This document shows, piece after piece, positions 28,572 through 37,922 of a DNA stretch of 64,000 bases (within the stretch, counting starts at the first letter, position 1; the number at the start of each line of letters is the position of its first letter). The notes beneath the pieces are model-generated. The model made no database searches. It had not been told where the DNA came from and saw only the letters and a list, made by a program, of their open reading frames with translations. The DNA lies in the IMG/VR virus record IMGVR_UViG_3300037240_000024, positions 152 to 64,151 of that record. One strand, 5' to 3'. The DNA comes from a virus. The position numbers and the translations under genes are program-made.

Positions 28572-30308
28572 ATGAAAAACCTACTCGCCTCCACCACCAT
28601 CCTCGCGGCGCTGCTCGGCGTCGGGCCTGCGGCGGCGCAGATCGTGCCGGGTGCGGGTGGCGGAATTACTGTCGGTGCGCCCATCACGGGTACGTGCCCC
28701 AATGGAGACATCATCTACAACTCCAGCGGCCTCCTAGCGTGCCAGGCGGCGGGCGGAGCCGGCACGGTCACAAGTGCGGGCTTGACGTTCACGGGCGGCA
28801 TCCTCTCCGTCGCGGGAAGCCCCATCACGACGTCAGGGACTTTCGCGCTGACCATCGCCGGCACGAGCGGCGGCATTCCCTATTTCAACTCAGCGACGGG
28901 TTGGGCGTCGAGCGCGGCTTTGGCTGCGAACGCTCTTGTCATCGGCGGCGGGGCCGGTGTGGCTCCCGCTACGACTACGACAGGGGCCGGCATCGTTGCG
29001 GCGGTAGCGAACAACATCAACACGGCGAGCGGCCTCCCGAGCGTGAATGGAGCCGTCACGACAGGCGATTGCTTGATGTGGGGTCCGGGCGTGACGGACG
29101 CGGGAACCGCCTGCGCGCCTACGGTCCCTACAACGAATATCGTGCTTTTCAATTATCTGGGAGCATCATCAGCCGCGACTGTGGTTGCAGGCGGAACGGG
29201 CGGCACCAACGGAGCCTGCACGGTCACGGTCTCGGGCGGTACATTTTCGACCGCCGCGCAGTTTAGCGGAACCGTCACGGCCAATGCGTTAGCCGGGGCG
29301 TTAACGCTCGCCACGGCTGGCTCCTACACGGCGCTCCCGAGCAACAGTGCCGCTGTGACTGGATGCGGGTTGACGGGCGCTACCCTCAATGTGGTTTTTG
29401 CCGGCGTCAACCAGACCTATACGCCCACTACAGGGATGAAACTTGTTCGAGTATATGAGTGGGGTCAGGGAGGCGGCGGCGGTTCCGGGAGTATGGAACT
29501 CACTGCTGTGGCTTCAAGCGGTGGAGGTGGAGGTGGAGGTGGCGGTTGTACCTTCTCTGACTATAGCGCCTCGTATGTTGGCGGTTCGGCGACGGTCACA
29601 GTTGGCGGAAGCGCCAACAATGGCGTCGCGCCGACCGCAAACACGACTGCCGGAGGAAACGGCGCTGTTGGTGCTTTGTCGTCATTCGTCAGCGGGTCAT
29701 TCGGCAAAGCTAGCGGCGGCGGTGGCGGGGCTGGCGGGCAGTTGGCGGCTACAGCCAGCGGCGGCGGCGGTGGTTCGGGTTGGGGCGGTGGTGCGAGTTC
29801 CACGTCCGCTGTTGGTGGTACGGGGGGCCTTTCAGCCGGTGGCGGCGGCGGTGGTGTCATTGGCGTCAATGCCTCAGCTGTTGGAGGTGCCGGTGGTGGC
29901 GGCGGAACAACCACGTTAGGCGTCGCTACTAACGGCGGTGTCGGTGTTTGCGGAGGGTCCGGCGGAGGGTCCGGTGGAGGCCTCACGGCGGCTAGCGGTA
30001 CAAACGCAGGTGGTAATGGCGGTACGCAAAATGGCGCTGGCGGCAACGGGACTGTCGGCGGGACAGGTGGCGCGGCCAACACCAGCGGCAACTCGGGTAC
30101 GAACGGACTTGGCTCTGGTCCTATGACGATTGGCGGTACGGGTGGCGGAGGCGGCGGTTCCGGCGCATCAGGGTCAGCGGGCAACGGCGGCAACGGCGGA
30201 TCATGCGGCGGCGGCGGTGGTGGTGGCGGCGATATGGTCAACGGCGGCGTGGCTGGGAACGGCGGCCAAGGCGGGTATGGCTGCGTAGAAATTGAGGAAT
30301 TCTTTTGA
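28572..30308 (+). CDS. glycine-rich tail-fibre-like protein with Sec signal peptide
   Basis: TYTPTTGMKLVRVYEWGQGGGGG...GGQGGYGCVEIEEF glycine-rich domain; N-terminus MKNLLASTTILAALLGVGPAAA. Confidence 0.7.
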   Translation: MKNLLASTTILAALLGVGPAAAQIVPGAGGGITVGAPITGTCPNGDIIYNSSGLLACQAAGGAGTVTSAGLTFTGGILSVAGSPITTSGTFALTIAGTSGGIPYFNSATGWASSAALAANALVIGGGAGVAPATTTTGAGIVAAVANNINTASGLPSVNGAVTTGDCLMWGPGVTDAGTACAPTVPTTNIVLFNYLGASSAATVVAGGTGGTNGACTVTVSGGTFSTAAQFSGTVTANALAGALTLATAGSYTALPSNSAAVTGCGLTGATLNVVFAGVNQTYTPTTGMKLVRVYEWGQGGGGGSGSMELTAVASSGGGGGGGGGCTFSDYSASYVGGSATVTVGGSANNGVAPTANTTAGGNGAVGALSSFVSGSFGKASGGGGGAGGQLAATASGGGGGSGWGGGASSTSAVGGTGGLSAGGGGGGVIGVNASAVGGAGGGGGTTTLGVATNGGVGVCGGSGGGSGGGLTAASGTNAGGNGGTQNGAGGNGTVGGTGGAANTSGNSGTNGLGSGPMTIGGTGGGGGGSGASGSAGNGGNGGSCGGGGGGGGDMVNGGVAGNGGQGGYGCVEIEEFF

Positions 30309-30351
30309 TGGCGAATCGTCGCCCACGCCGATCAATCTGTGAGGTCGTCAA

Positions 30352-31218
30352 ATGACAATCGCAATGCCGCGCGTCCTGCAAACACCGACTTCGGCATACT
30401 CGCCGACGCCGATCTCGCACGACGTTTTCTTCGTCCACATCTCCGAAGGCGAGTCAGCGGGTGGCGTCGCGTGGCTGTGCAGCGGCAAGGTGCAGGCCAG
30501 CGTCCATCTGTTCATGAACGAGGACGGAACGCTGGTTTATCAGCTTGTCCCGCTCAATTTCAAAGCCTGGGCCGAGTGCGCGTTCAATGCTAGAGGTCCG
30601 TCGATGGAAATACCCGGCGTTACCGCTGACGGTATCCCCGATGCGCGCTGGAGGGCGGCGGCGCTGATCGTGGCCCGAGTCTGTCGAGCCTATGCCATCC
30701 CTCCGGTTTGGGCGCGCGGAGGCCAAGGGCGCGGCATTGCGCAACATCATGACCTCGGCGCGGCTGGCGGCGGCCACGTCGATTGCAGTCCGGTCGGATC
30801 GCCCGTGTGGCTCACCTTTATCGGCTACGTCAAAGCGGCCTATGACGCTTTCGGCGACGGCCCCCTGCCACCGTTCGCGTTGCACGGCCTGCCGGGGCCT
30901 TCGGAGGTCGTCGCGCCGCCGTTCGTCCCGCCCGAGCCGAGCCACAATGGCGCGGCTCGCAGCGAGCCGGGCGACGTCATCGCGCACGAGACGAACAGCG
31001 GCTACGCGGCGCACTCGATTGCGGCGTTGCAGGCCGACCTCAACAAGCTCGGCTACACGGATGATGCGGGCAATGAACTCGACATCGACGGCGGCATGGG
31101 CGGCTTGACGACGCAGGCGCTCAAGAAAGCCCAGGCGGCGCTCGGCGTCGGCGTGGACGGGCTGATCGGGCCGGCGTCGTGGGCGGCTATTGAGACGGCG
31201 CTGGCGAAGAAGCCATGA
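30352..31218 (+). CDS. endolysin: N-acetylmuramoyl-L-alanine amidase + peptidoglycan-binding domain
   Basis: FFVHISEG...ASVH...MEI...QHHD...HVDC amidase residues; C-terminal LQADLNKLGY...IDG..G.LT..ALKKAQ...VDG.IGP. Confidence 0.8.
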   Translation: MTIAMPRVLQTPTSAYSPTPISHDVFFVHISEGESAGGVAWLCSGKVQASVHLFMNEDGTLVYQLVPLNFKAWAECAFNARGPSMEIPGVTADGIPDARWRAAALIVARVCRAYAIPPVWARGGQGRGIAQHHDLGAAGGGHVDCSPVGSPVWLTFIGYVKAAYDAFGDGPLPPFALHGLPGPSEVVAPPFVPPEPSHNGAARSEPGDVIAHETNSGYAAHSIAALQADLNKLGYTDDAGNELDIDGGMGGLTTQALKKAQAALGVGVDGLIGPASWAAIETALAKKP

Positions 31219-31316
31219 GAGACATAGCCTACTACGGCCTGATCGTGGCTTGCGTAGGCTTGGCGGTTTTGGGCGTTGTGGCGTATGTTCTCAAGGGAAC
31301 TGGCGACGGAGACTGA
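31215..31316 (+). CDS. 33-aa single-TM peptide
   Basis: MRDIAYYGLIVACVGLAVLGVVAYVLKGTGDGD; ATGA overlap with endolysin. Confidence 0.5.
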   Translation: MRDIAYYGLIVACVGLAVLGVVAYVLKGTGDGD

Positions 31317-31319
31317 TCT

Positions 31320-31604
31320 GTGACTTACCAAGTGGAAAACGACCAGGCTGATGAGATTTGGGACCTGCGCGCCCAACTCAAGACAGCCCAGGACCAGATC
31401 GCCGCGATGACGCTCGCCCGCGATCCTGCGACGGTCGATGGCGTCGTCGCCAATGCGGTGGTCGAGATCGAAGACGCCATCATTCGCGGTTACGATGGGG
31501 TCAGGATCAACGGGAAAATCATCTCGCCATCAGAAGTGCGACGAGACGTGCTAGGCGGGATCGTCAAGCGCGTTGTCCAAGGTGCGCTCAGCGGCGGCAA
31601 CTGA
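31320..31604 (+). CDS. hypothetical protein
   Basis: 94-aa ORF. Confidence 0.55.
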   Translation: MTYQVENDQADEIWDLRAQLKTAQDQIAAMTLARDPATVDGVVANAVVEIEDAIIRGYDGVRINGKIISPSEVRRDVLGGIVKRVVQGALSGGN

Positions 31605-31648
31605 ATCCGAGCGCGGCGGTATCTGCGCAACATGAAAGGTGAACCAAG

Positions 31649-31876
31649 ATGGCATCTGTCGATAGCACTTCCGACGCGCGCACCGTCAACAATACGATGC
31701 GCCACGCCTGCCGCGTCCTATCCGACGCCGAGAAGGCCAATATGCAGGCGATCAAGGACGAGGGGCTGAAGTTCCACGATCTCATCGCCGGCATGGGCAA
31801 CAGCCGCGAAATCGCGCTCGCCAAGACCAAGATCGAAGAGGCCGTCATGTGGGCGGTCAAGCACATCACCGCATAG
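31649..31876 (+). CDS. Acb2/Tad1-like helical hairpin protein (putative cyclic-oligonucleotide sponge)
   Basis: RVLSDAEKANMQAIKDEG...SREIALAKTKIEEAVMWAVKHIT resembles Acb2 as recalled. Confidence 0.6.
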   Translation: MASVDSTSDARTVNNTMRHACRVLSDAEKANMQAIKDEGLKFHDLIAGMGNSREIALAKTKIEEAVMWAVKHITA

Positions 31877-31886
31877 GGAGGCCGGC

Positions 31887-32183
31887 ATGGACCCTCAACT
31901 CAAAAGCACGCTTACCACGATCCTTGCGGCAGTGCTGGGCGGCGCAGGCGTGTGGGCTGTGAAAGTCGGCGTTGTGCCGGTATCGGATCAAGCCAACTTC
32001 GTGAACATGCTTGTCACGGTGGTCATCGGCGGCGCGGGTGCGGTGCTGACGTGGTACAAGGCTCGGCAACTTTCGGCGATTGCGGTCATCGCCGCCGTGA
32101 ACAACACCGACAACGGCCTCAAGGTCGTCGCGGCGAGCGCAGCCAACGCGCCTGTCCGTGTCGAAACCGCGCCACTCAAGTAG
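31887..32183 (+). CDS. putative holin (two TM segments)
   Basis: Two hydrophobic helices; lysis cassette position. Confidence 0.55.
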   Translation: MDPQLKSTLTTILAAVLGGAGVWAVKVGVVPVSDQANFVNMLVTVVIGGAGAVLTWYKARQLSAIAVIAAVNNTDNGLKVVAASAANAPVRVETAPLK

Positions 32184-32192
32184 GGCCGCACG

Positions 32193-32795
32193 ATGATTTC
32201 GCACGCCGCTCTCGCCGAGATCGCCAGCCTCTCCTATCGAGGCCCGCAGTCCCGCATCCTCGCGCTCGGCGTCAGCGTCGATTACGATCCGCGCGGCGAT
32301 GAAATTGTCATCGCTGGTCCCGGCACAAAGGACGCGCTTAACTGGGTCCGCGATCTGGATTTCTGGCCGATCTGGGTTCCTGGCATCGGCCCGATGCACG
32401 GCGGCTTCGCGCGGGCGGCGCTTGAGGTATGGGCCGATTTGTCGCCCAAGCTGCGCACGACGGGCCTAGCCACCTACACCGGGCATAGCATGTGGGCGGC
32501 GGTGGCGGCCGATCTAGCGGCGCTGCATGCGATCCACAGGCCGAAGCAGCCGTTTCGGTTTGTCGGGATAGCGTCGCCCCGCGCAGCGTTCGTCAACCCA
32601 TATTTTGGACGTCTGCTGAAGCGCGGCGTCGAGGCCGTCAACTATGCCCGGCGAAACGACGCCGTGCCGTGGGTTCCGACGCTCCCCTATCATCACGGCT
32701 GCAAAACGATCATGATCGGCCAATCGACGGGTGACGTTATTTCCGACCATGCGTGCGCCCGCTACGTTGCCGATTTGAAAGCCCTCAACCTGTAG
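32193..32795 (+). CDS. class 3 lipase-like alpha/beta hydrolase
   Basis: PGT..ALNW..D, HGGF, YTGHSMWAAVA, ND.VPWVP, DH motifs. Confidence 0.75.
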   Translation: MISHAALAEIASLSYRGPQSRILALGVSVDYDPRGDEIVIAGPGTKDALNWVRDLDFWPIWVPGIGPMHGGFARAALEVWADLSPKLRTTGLATYTGHSMWAAVAADLAALHAIHRPKQPFRFVGIASPRAAFVNPYFGRLLKRGVEAVNYARRNDAVPWVPTLPYHHGCKTIMIGQSTGDVISDHACARYVADLKALNL

Positions 32796-32805
32796 GAGAC
32801 CTCCA

Positions 32806-33189
32806 ATGCGCAAAATCCTCACCATCGCCGCGCTTGCCCTCTCGCTCGCCGGCTGCAATCAGCAGTCCATCAATTCCAGCATCATCCAGACGACGCAGAA
32901 CATCGTGGCGCTCAACAATGCGTTGGTGCAAGTCAACTCAACGATCCTCGACAACGTGATCGCGCAGGCCAAAATCCTGGCGCCCTACCAATGCGGCGCG
33001 TTCGCGCTCGCCAAAACCATCGTCAACAGTTCGACCGCTGCGGCGAAAGTGAACGCCTATCTGGCGAAGAACGTCGCGGCGGGCGTCACGGTCGTTGCGG
33101 TCACGAACATCTGTACGGCGCTAGGCTATGGCCCGTCTGTCACGGCCGCCCCGGCGTCGAGCGTTCCTGCGACTGTGAACGGCAACTGA
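32806..33189 (+). CDS. lipoprotein (o-spanin candidate)
   Basis: Lipobox LAGC after a hydrophobic signal. Confidence 0.65.
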   Translation: MRKILTIAALALSLAGCNQQSINSSIIQTTQNIVALNNALVQVNSTILDNVIAQAKILAPYQCGAFALAKTIVNSSTAAAKVNAYLAKNVAAGVTVVAVTNICTALGYGPSVTAAPASSVPATVNGN

Positions 33190-33200
33190 AGGCTTCTGCC

Positions 33201-33626
33201 ATGTCCTTTAAGACAATCGTCGCATGGGCCGCCAACGGCGCTCTCAAGGCCGTTGGCGGCCAAGCCGGAACAATCGCGGGGGCTCCCATCGGCGACATCA
33301 AAACAGGTGCGGGGGCGCTTATCCTCGTGTTGGGGGACGTCAAGGATAAAAAGATCAACCTCGCGAACGGCGCTACGGCGCTGGCTGCAATCCAGAACCT
33401 GCTTGTGGACGCGGGAGTCGAGCCGAAGATCGTCGAAGAGATGATAATGCTGGCGCTTACGGCCTTCCCTCTCATCATTCAGTTGGACAAGAACCTGGGG
33501 ATGGTCGATCCGCTCAAAGCCGCACCGCGTACTGACGGCCTCCCGATGACGGAAGGCAACTGGTCAGGAACGCCGGAAGAAAACAACGCCGACAACCCGA
33601 GCGGCGAGATTGGCGGGGATGTCTAA
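33201..33626 (+). CDS. hypothetical protein
   Basis: ATG at 33201 within ORF 32991..33626. Confidence 0.55.
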   Translation: MSFKTIVAWAANGALKAVGGQAGTIAGAPIGDIKTGAGALILVLGDVKDKKINLANGATALAAIQNLLVDAGVEPKIVEEMIMLALTAFPLIIQLDKNLGMVDPLKAAPRTDGLPMTEGNWSGTPEENNADNPSGEIGGDV

Positions 33627-33629
33627 AAT

Positions 33630-34010
33630 ATGGCTAACGTCCCTGATTTCGGACCTATTCCCGGCACACTATGGGCACCAACATGGGGAGAGATAACAGG
33701 GAACCTTGCCATACTCATCGCTGCTATTGGGATAGGAATTACGATATGGCAAATTAACCGAGTCAACATCAAAGCGGAGGCACGGTTTGAAGATGCTGTG
33801 CAAGCGGTAAAGGCGCTGACTGTCACATTGGACGGCATAAAGACAGAGTTGTATGAACATAAGCTCGATGTTGCACGGCGCTACGTCGATACTGATTCAC
33901 TCGATAAGATTGAAGCCCGTCTTTTTGACGCATTGCAAATTGTAGCAGCGTCGATTACCAGTTTGCGGGATCGTTTGGACAAGGTTCTCGATGAACGCAA
34001 AAGGGACTAA
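33630..34010 (+). CDS. TM + coiled-coil protein (lysis accessory-like)
   Basis: N-terminal TM LAILIAAIGIGITIW then a heptad-rich helix; AT-richer than flanks. Confidence 0.6.
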   Translation: MANVPDFGPIPGTLWAPTWGEITGNLAILIAAIGIGITIWQINRVNIKAEARFEDAVQAVKALTVTLDGIKTELYEHKLDVARRYVDTDSLDKIEARLFDALQIVAASITSLRDRLDKVLDERKRD

Positions 34011-34202
34011 GTGCTAACAGCTTACGCATTTCTCTGCCTCGTCACCGCCAGCGACTGCGAGCGCGAGGCCCATTTCAAGATGCGGGTCGGCGACGGCAAC
34101 ACGCCGATCTCATGCTTGCAAGACGGCCAGGAAGGCGTCGCGCGGGCTGGGATTGAAGTACCGGACGGCGAGAGGATCGTGGTCAAGTGCCTGAGACGAT
34201 GA
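34011..34202 (+). CDS. small Cys-containing hypothetical protein
   Basis: 63 aa with 4 Cys and a hydrophobic N-terminus. Confidence 0.5.
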   Translation: MLTAYAFLCLVTASDCEREAHFKMRVGDGNTPISCLQDGQEGVARAGIEVPDGERIVVKCLRR

Positions 34203-34343
34203 AGGCGCAGACAACCAAAATCAGCACATTCCCCAACGCGATCCATCCGCAGATTACGTCTCCGTGAAACCACCACGCATAGGCATTGATCGCCAGAAAG
34301 AGATCATTGACGTACATCAAAGTGCGAATTTGCTTCATTATGC

Positions 34344-35270
34344 TCATTTCCTACCCATCTCTCGGATGACATCGGGCTGCGCGTCGGCGATCCGGTTGGT
34401 GCCAAGATCGGCTTGGCGGATCATCTGCGAGCGTCGGATCGAGCGCGCCGCCATGCAAGCCCACGCGAAATCGCCACACGCAACTTCTTTGTCGCCGATG
34501 GCGGCCACCCAAATTTTGCCATGTTTGAAAATGTGAGGCTTGGGGGTCATTCCCCATCTCGCGTATCTGAGGGGTGCTCTGGGCGCGTCATCGTCATCAA
34601 ATGTGCCATTATATGCGTGGGCAATCCCTGCGAACGGCTCCAACGCCTCCCGCGCTTGGGCTAGCTGCTCCAACAGCACGCGTTCGCTGAAACCGAGAAA
34701 TCGCTGCGCTTGGGCTAGTTGGGCGCGGAGAGCGACGAGTTTAGCGTCTCTCAAGTCGATTTCCTTGCACCTATGGTTGCCGCGCTCGTCGCCGTAGCCA
34801 TCGTGACATTGATCCGCTGCGAGTGCTGAATTTTCGCGTTCTGCGTCCTCCAACTGGACGCCGAGGCGCATCGTGTCTGCCTCACGGTTCGCCCAATCCT
34901 GCTCGGCGGATACAGCGCGGGCAACGGCGGCGTCCCGCTCGGTGCGGAGGGCGGCTAGTTCGGATTTGGTTTTCCCAAGTTTATTTCTCAATATGGCAAC
35001 GTTGCAGCGTGCGACTTGAAGCGCCGCATCGTCCAGCGCTCCGTCCCGGATAGCGTTGCGGTCAATCAGTGGGTATATTGCGTCCATTATCTTTCTCGCA
35101 TCTTGCAACGCCTTCTCCCGCGCCTCGCTGGCGCGCTGGTCGCCGTAGGCGCGGAGGGCGGCGGTGGCGTCAGGGTTAGTCAGCACAAAAACAAAATCGG
35201 TTTCATCCGAGTGCTCATATTTGCGATATTCGCGGACCGACTCCACGAGCTTGTCGTCCGGGTTGGTCAT
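34344..35270 (-). CDS. mosaic coiled-coil hypothetical protein
   Basis: 308 aa; ATGA-type overlap with upstream gene. Confidence 0.55.
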   Translation of the reverse strand: MTNPDDKLVESVREYRKYEHSDETDFVFVLTNPDATAALRAYGDQRASEAREKALQDARKIMDAIYPLIDRNAIRDGALDDAALQVARCNVAILRNKLGKTKSELAALRTERDAAVARAVSAEQDWANREADTMRLGVQLEDAERENSALAADQCHDGYGDERGNHRCKEIDLRDAKLVALRAQLAQAQRFLGFSERVLLEQLAQAREALEPFAGIAHAYNGTFDDDDAPRAPLRYARWGMTPKPHIFKHGKIWVAAIGDKEVACGDFAWACMAARSIRRSQMIRQADLGTNRIADAQPDVIREMGRK

Positions 35271-35590
35271 TTCGGCTCCTGCGGTTTGGCGACGGTGAGA
35301 CTCCAGCGGAGGGCTTCGATCTGTCCCTCGATGTACCTGATCTGAAAGCCATCGTTATGTTCTTGGGCGGCAGCCAACCATGAATTGCGCCGCTCGATCT
35401 CCGCTCTGATCTCGTCAGCCGGGCGAACCCCGGGCGGGGTTGATCCTGCGGCGTACCAAACGTGTTCTGCAAGAGCAGCGGCAAGCGTGTATATGCGGTG
35501 CCGATCATCAGCGTATCCGGCAATTTCTCGCTGTCTCTCCAACTCAGCCACGCGGGCTGCGATCTCTGCGGCGGAACGTTTCATAGGCAT
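35267..35590 (-). CDS. hypothetical protein
   Basis: Likely start MPMKRSAAE. Confidence 0.55.
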   Translation of the reverse strand: MPMKRSAAEIAARVAELERQREIAGYADDRHRIYTLAAALAEHVWYAAGSTPPGVRPADEIRAEIERRNSWLAAAQEHNDGFQIRYIEGQIEALRWSLTVAKPQEPK

Positions 35591-35883
35591 TTTCCGTTTG
35601 TCCATTTTACAAATGCAACAATTAAAATAAGGATGAATGGGATAGAGATGACTCCAGACCACACTGCGGAATAGATCAATAGTCCCCGTGGAAAATCTTT
35701 CCACGGCTCAACTAAAGCCCTTTTAAAATCCTCTCTCATCACTTGGCTCCCTGCTGTCCGATCCCATCCGCGAACATCTGCCGGAACGCCTCGACCTCCG
35801 GGTTAGGCGGGGGCTTTCGGATAAACCCCGATGCAATACTCGCCATCGTCAGCCTGCCCATCAATCAAGTGATCGTCACATTT

Positions 35884-36090
35884 CTATTTGCAGTTTCTGC
35901 CAAGAGACATTACACAGTCAGTAAAAAGAAAACATTTCATGCCGGAATCATGCCCCATAATTACCGGATAGGTCATGAGACATGTAAAACCAAGAATTGG
36001 GCCGGTCAAAATGGACCAAGCGAAAAGTATTACAAAACATGCACCCACCGTCAGACCCACTGCCAGAACTAAGTTCTTGAGCATACTCAT
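35884..36090 (-). CDS. small membrane protein
   Basis: Hydrophobic 68-aa ORF. Confidence 0.45.
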   Translation of the reverse strand: MSMLKNLVLAVGLTVGACFVILFAWSILTGPILGFTCLMTYPVIMGHDSGMKCFLFTDCVMSLGRNCK

Positions 36091-36213
36091 CGCCGCCGCT
36101 CCTGCTGTCTCAGTTCATTGGCATATAGTTGCCGAAAGCCTTCATCCTGCGGATCAGCCGCCCCCAGCGCCCGCACAAGCGCCACCGCGAGCGGACAGGC
36201 GACGCGGCGGTTG

Positions 36214-36537
36214 TCAGTTCGTGTCGGCGTTGGGGTCGAAGCGATCGTCGGTCAGCGTCGTATCTGATGGACCCTGTTCGGGTGGCGTCGCCAGGGTTTT
36301 AGCTGGCAGTCCCGCTGGCTTCTCAGGCGCAGGTGGTCCGTTGTGGTACGCATGATCGCGCACCGCCCGCGCGGCCGCGTCCGCAGCGCCGGCCTCGACG
36401 CGCTTCAGAATCGCCTTCTCGGTGATCTCGTGCGTGGCGTTGAGATAAGCCTGCAAGGCGCCGCCCAGCGCCTTCGCTTCGTCGTCCTGAACGGCCGCCA
36501 TCGTGGCGTTGTATTGGATCGTCAGATAGTCTGTCAT
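36214..36537 (-). CDS. hypothetical protein
   Basis: Start MTDYLTIQY with RBS GAGG. Confidence 0.6.
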   Translation of the reverse strand: MTDYLTIQYNATMAAVQDDEAKALGGALQAYLNATHEITEKAILKRVEAGAADAAARAVRDHAYHNGPPAPEKPAGLPAKTLATPPEQGPSDTTLTDDRFDPNADTN

Positions 36538-36736
36538 GTCAGTAGCCTCGCTTCGCTGCGAATCGCGTGCCGATAATGCAGACGATCCCGACAAGTTCAA
36601 AATAGGTGCCGTGAACTGGGTTGGCGGCGCCGATGGCTGTCAGCACCATGCCGGCGACCATCAGCCAGAAAGAAACGTCCTTAACCATCTACCCCTCCTC
36701 GGTGGGCCGCTGCGAGTCGCCCCGCAGCGGCAGATT

Positions 36737-37174
36737 TTAGCGCTTGACCTTCGGGATATTCAGATGGTCATCGGCGAGGCCGTGTTTGATCGCTTCGCCC
36801 TTAACCGCCCAGAATGCGAGAAAAGCGATGAAGCCGACGCCGAGCGACAACCACTCCCAAATCAGCGCGAAAATGCTGGTGAGGTCGGTCGACGTCACGT
36901 TGATGCCGCGCATCTGGACGAAACTGATCGCACAAAACACGACCAGTGCGCCGTTGAAAATCCACTCGAACGGCTTGGTTTGCACGATATCAAGCCCAAT
37001 CGCCGAGCCGATCCACGGCAACGCCGTGAACCCGATCATGAACAGCGTGGCGCCGAACATGAAAGACGAGACGTCGGCCGCGAATCCGGTCGCGACCGTA
37101 TTCGCGATCAGGTGCATGATGGCGACAGGGGCCAGGTAGATGAGCGCCAGTATGCGGTATGCAGAGGTGTTCAT
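36737..37174 (-). CDS. four-TM membrane protein (possible superinfection-exclusion moron)
   Basis: Four hydrophobic helices; RBS GGAGA; function is inference. Confidence 0.6.
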   Translation of the reverse strand: MNTSAYRILALIYLAPVAIMHLIANTVATGFAADVSSFMFGATLFMIGFTALPWIGSAIGLDIVQTKPFEWIFNGALVVFCAISFVQMRGINVTSTDLTSIFALIWEWLSLGVGFIAFLAFWAVKGEAIKHGLADDHLNIPKVKR

Positions 37175-37221
37175 GTGATTTTCTCCGTAGCGTCTAAGGG
37201 TCGACCCGCTTGACACGCCCC

Positions 37222-37272
37222 GTACATACTGTTATCTGAGCCGAAGGTCAAGCGTAAAATAACAGCCTGTTA
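37222..37272. promoter_or_regulatory. two 13-bp operator-like palindromes in a divergent promoter region
   Basis: GTACA-TAC-TGTTA (37222-37234) and TAACA-GCC-TGTTA (37260-37272); TTGACA at 37210. Confidence 0.6.
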
Positions 37273-37280
37273 CGGGTGCC

Positions 37281-37499
37281 ATGACGGATTTCGACTATCA
37301 CAAATTCCTGCGGGACAAATTCGGCGACGTCGATCGTCTGGTCGCGTTTCTGCACACCTACCGGCACGACATCCCACGCGCCACGGTGAACCAGTGGTTC
37401 CGCCGGGCGTCCGTCCCGGCCGATCATTTCGCCACGCTGCTGATGTTGCTGGAGATGGACGTCGGCGGTCCGGTGTCTCTCGTGGAGTATGTGCGATGA
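37281..37499 (+). CDS. Cro-like HTH regulator
   Basis: 72 aa, IPRATVNQWFRRASVP recognition-helix pattern; first gene after the operators. Confidence 0.6.
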   Translation: MTDFDYHKFLRDKFGDVDRLVAFLHTYRHDIPRATVNQWFRRASVPADHFATLLMLLEMDVGGPVSLVEYVR

Positions 37500-37720
37500 C
37501 GAGCCTCTACCTGCGTGCCGACGCTCAACAGAAACGACTTCTCAAAATTATCTCAGGCGCTGTGATCGACGCCGCCAACGGGCATCCCGGCGCCAAGCCG
37601 GATCGGAAATTCGCGCGCAGTGTGGCAAAACGCGCGGTCGGAACAATCTCGGCTTACGAGCCGAGATTGTTGGCGTCGGACGCTTGCGATCCGCCGTCAT
37701 ATGGACGCCGAACAACTTAG
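37496..37720 (+). CDS. hypothetical protein
   Basis: ATGA overlap with the HTH gene. Confidence 0.5.
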   Translation: MTSLYLRADAQQKRLLKIISGAVIDAANGHPGAKPDRKFARSVAKRAVGTISAYEPRLLASDACDPPSYGRRTT

Positions 37721-37922
37721 CGGATCGGTGTTCTCGCCGTGTCAGTATCAGCACGGCGGCGACGGGGCGATCTTAATTGATCGGGTCGCCCCGTTTATCT
37801 CTTCACGGAGTATGTACGGTGATCGTTTTCATTGAGATTTTAGCGATTCTCATTCTTCTGCCTATCGCCGCCGCTTCCGTTTTGCTGACGATATGCTTGG
37901 TGATTATAGCGGTCAGAGGCAA

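Noticed and set aside
37260-37272. Operator palindrome as a CtrA box
   Set aside because: CtrA binds TTAA-N7-TTAA direct half-sites; this motif is an inverted TAACA-N3-TGTTA
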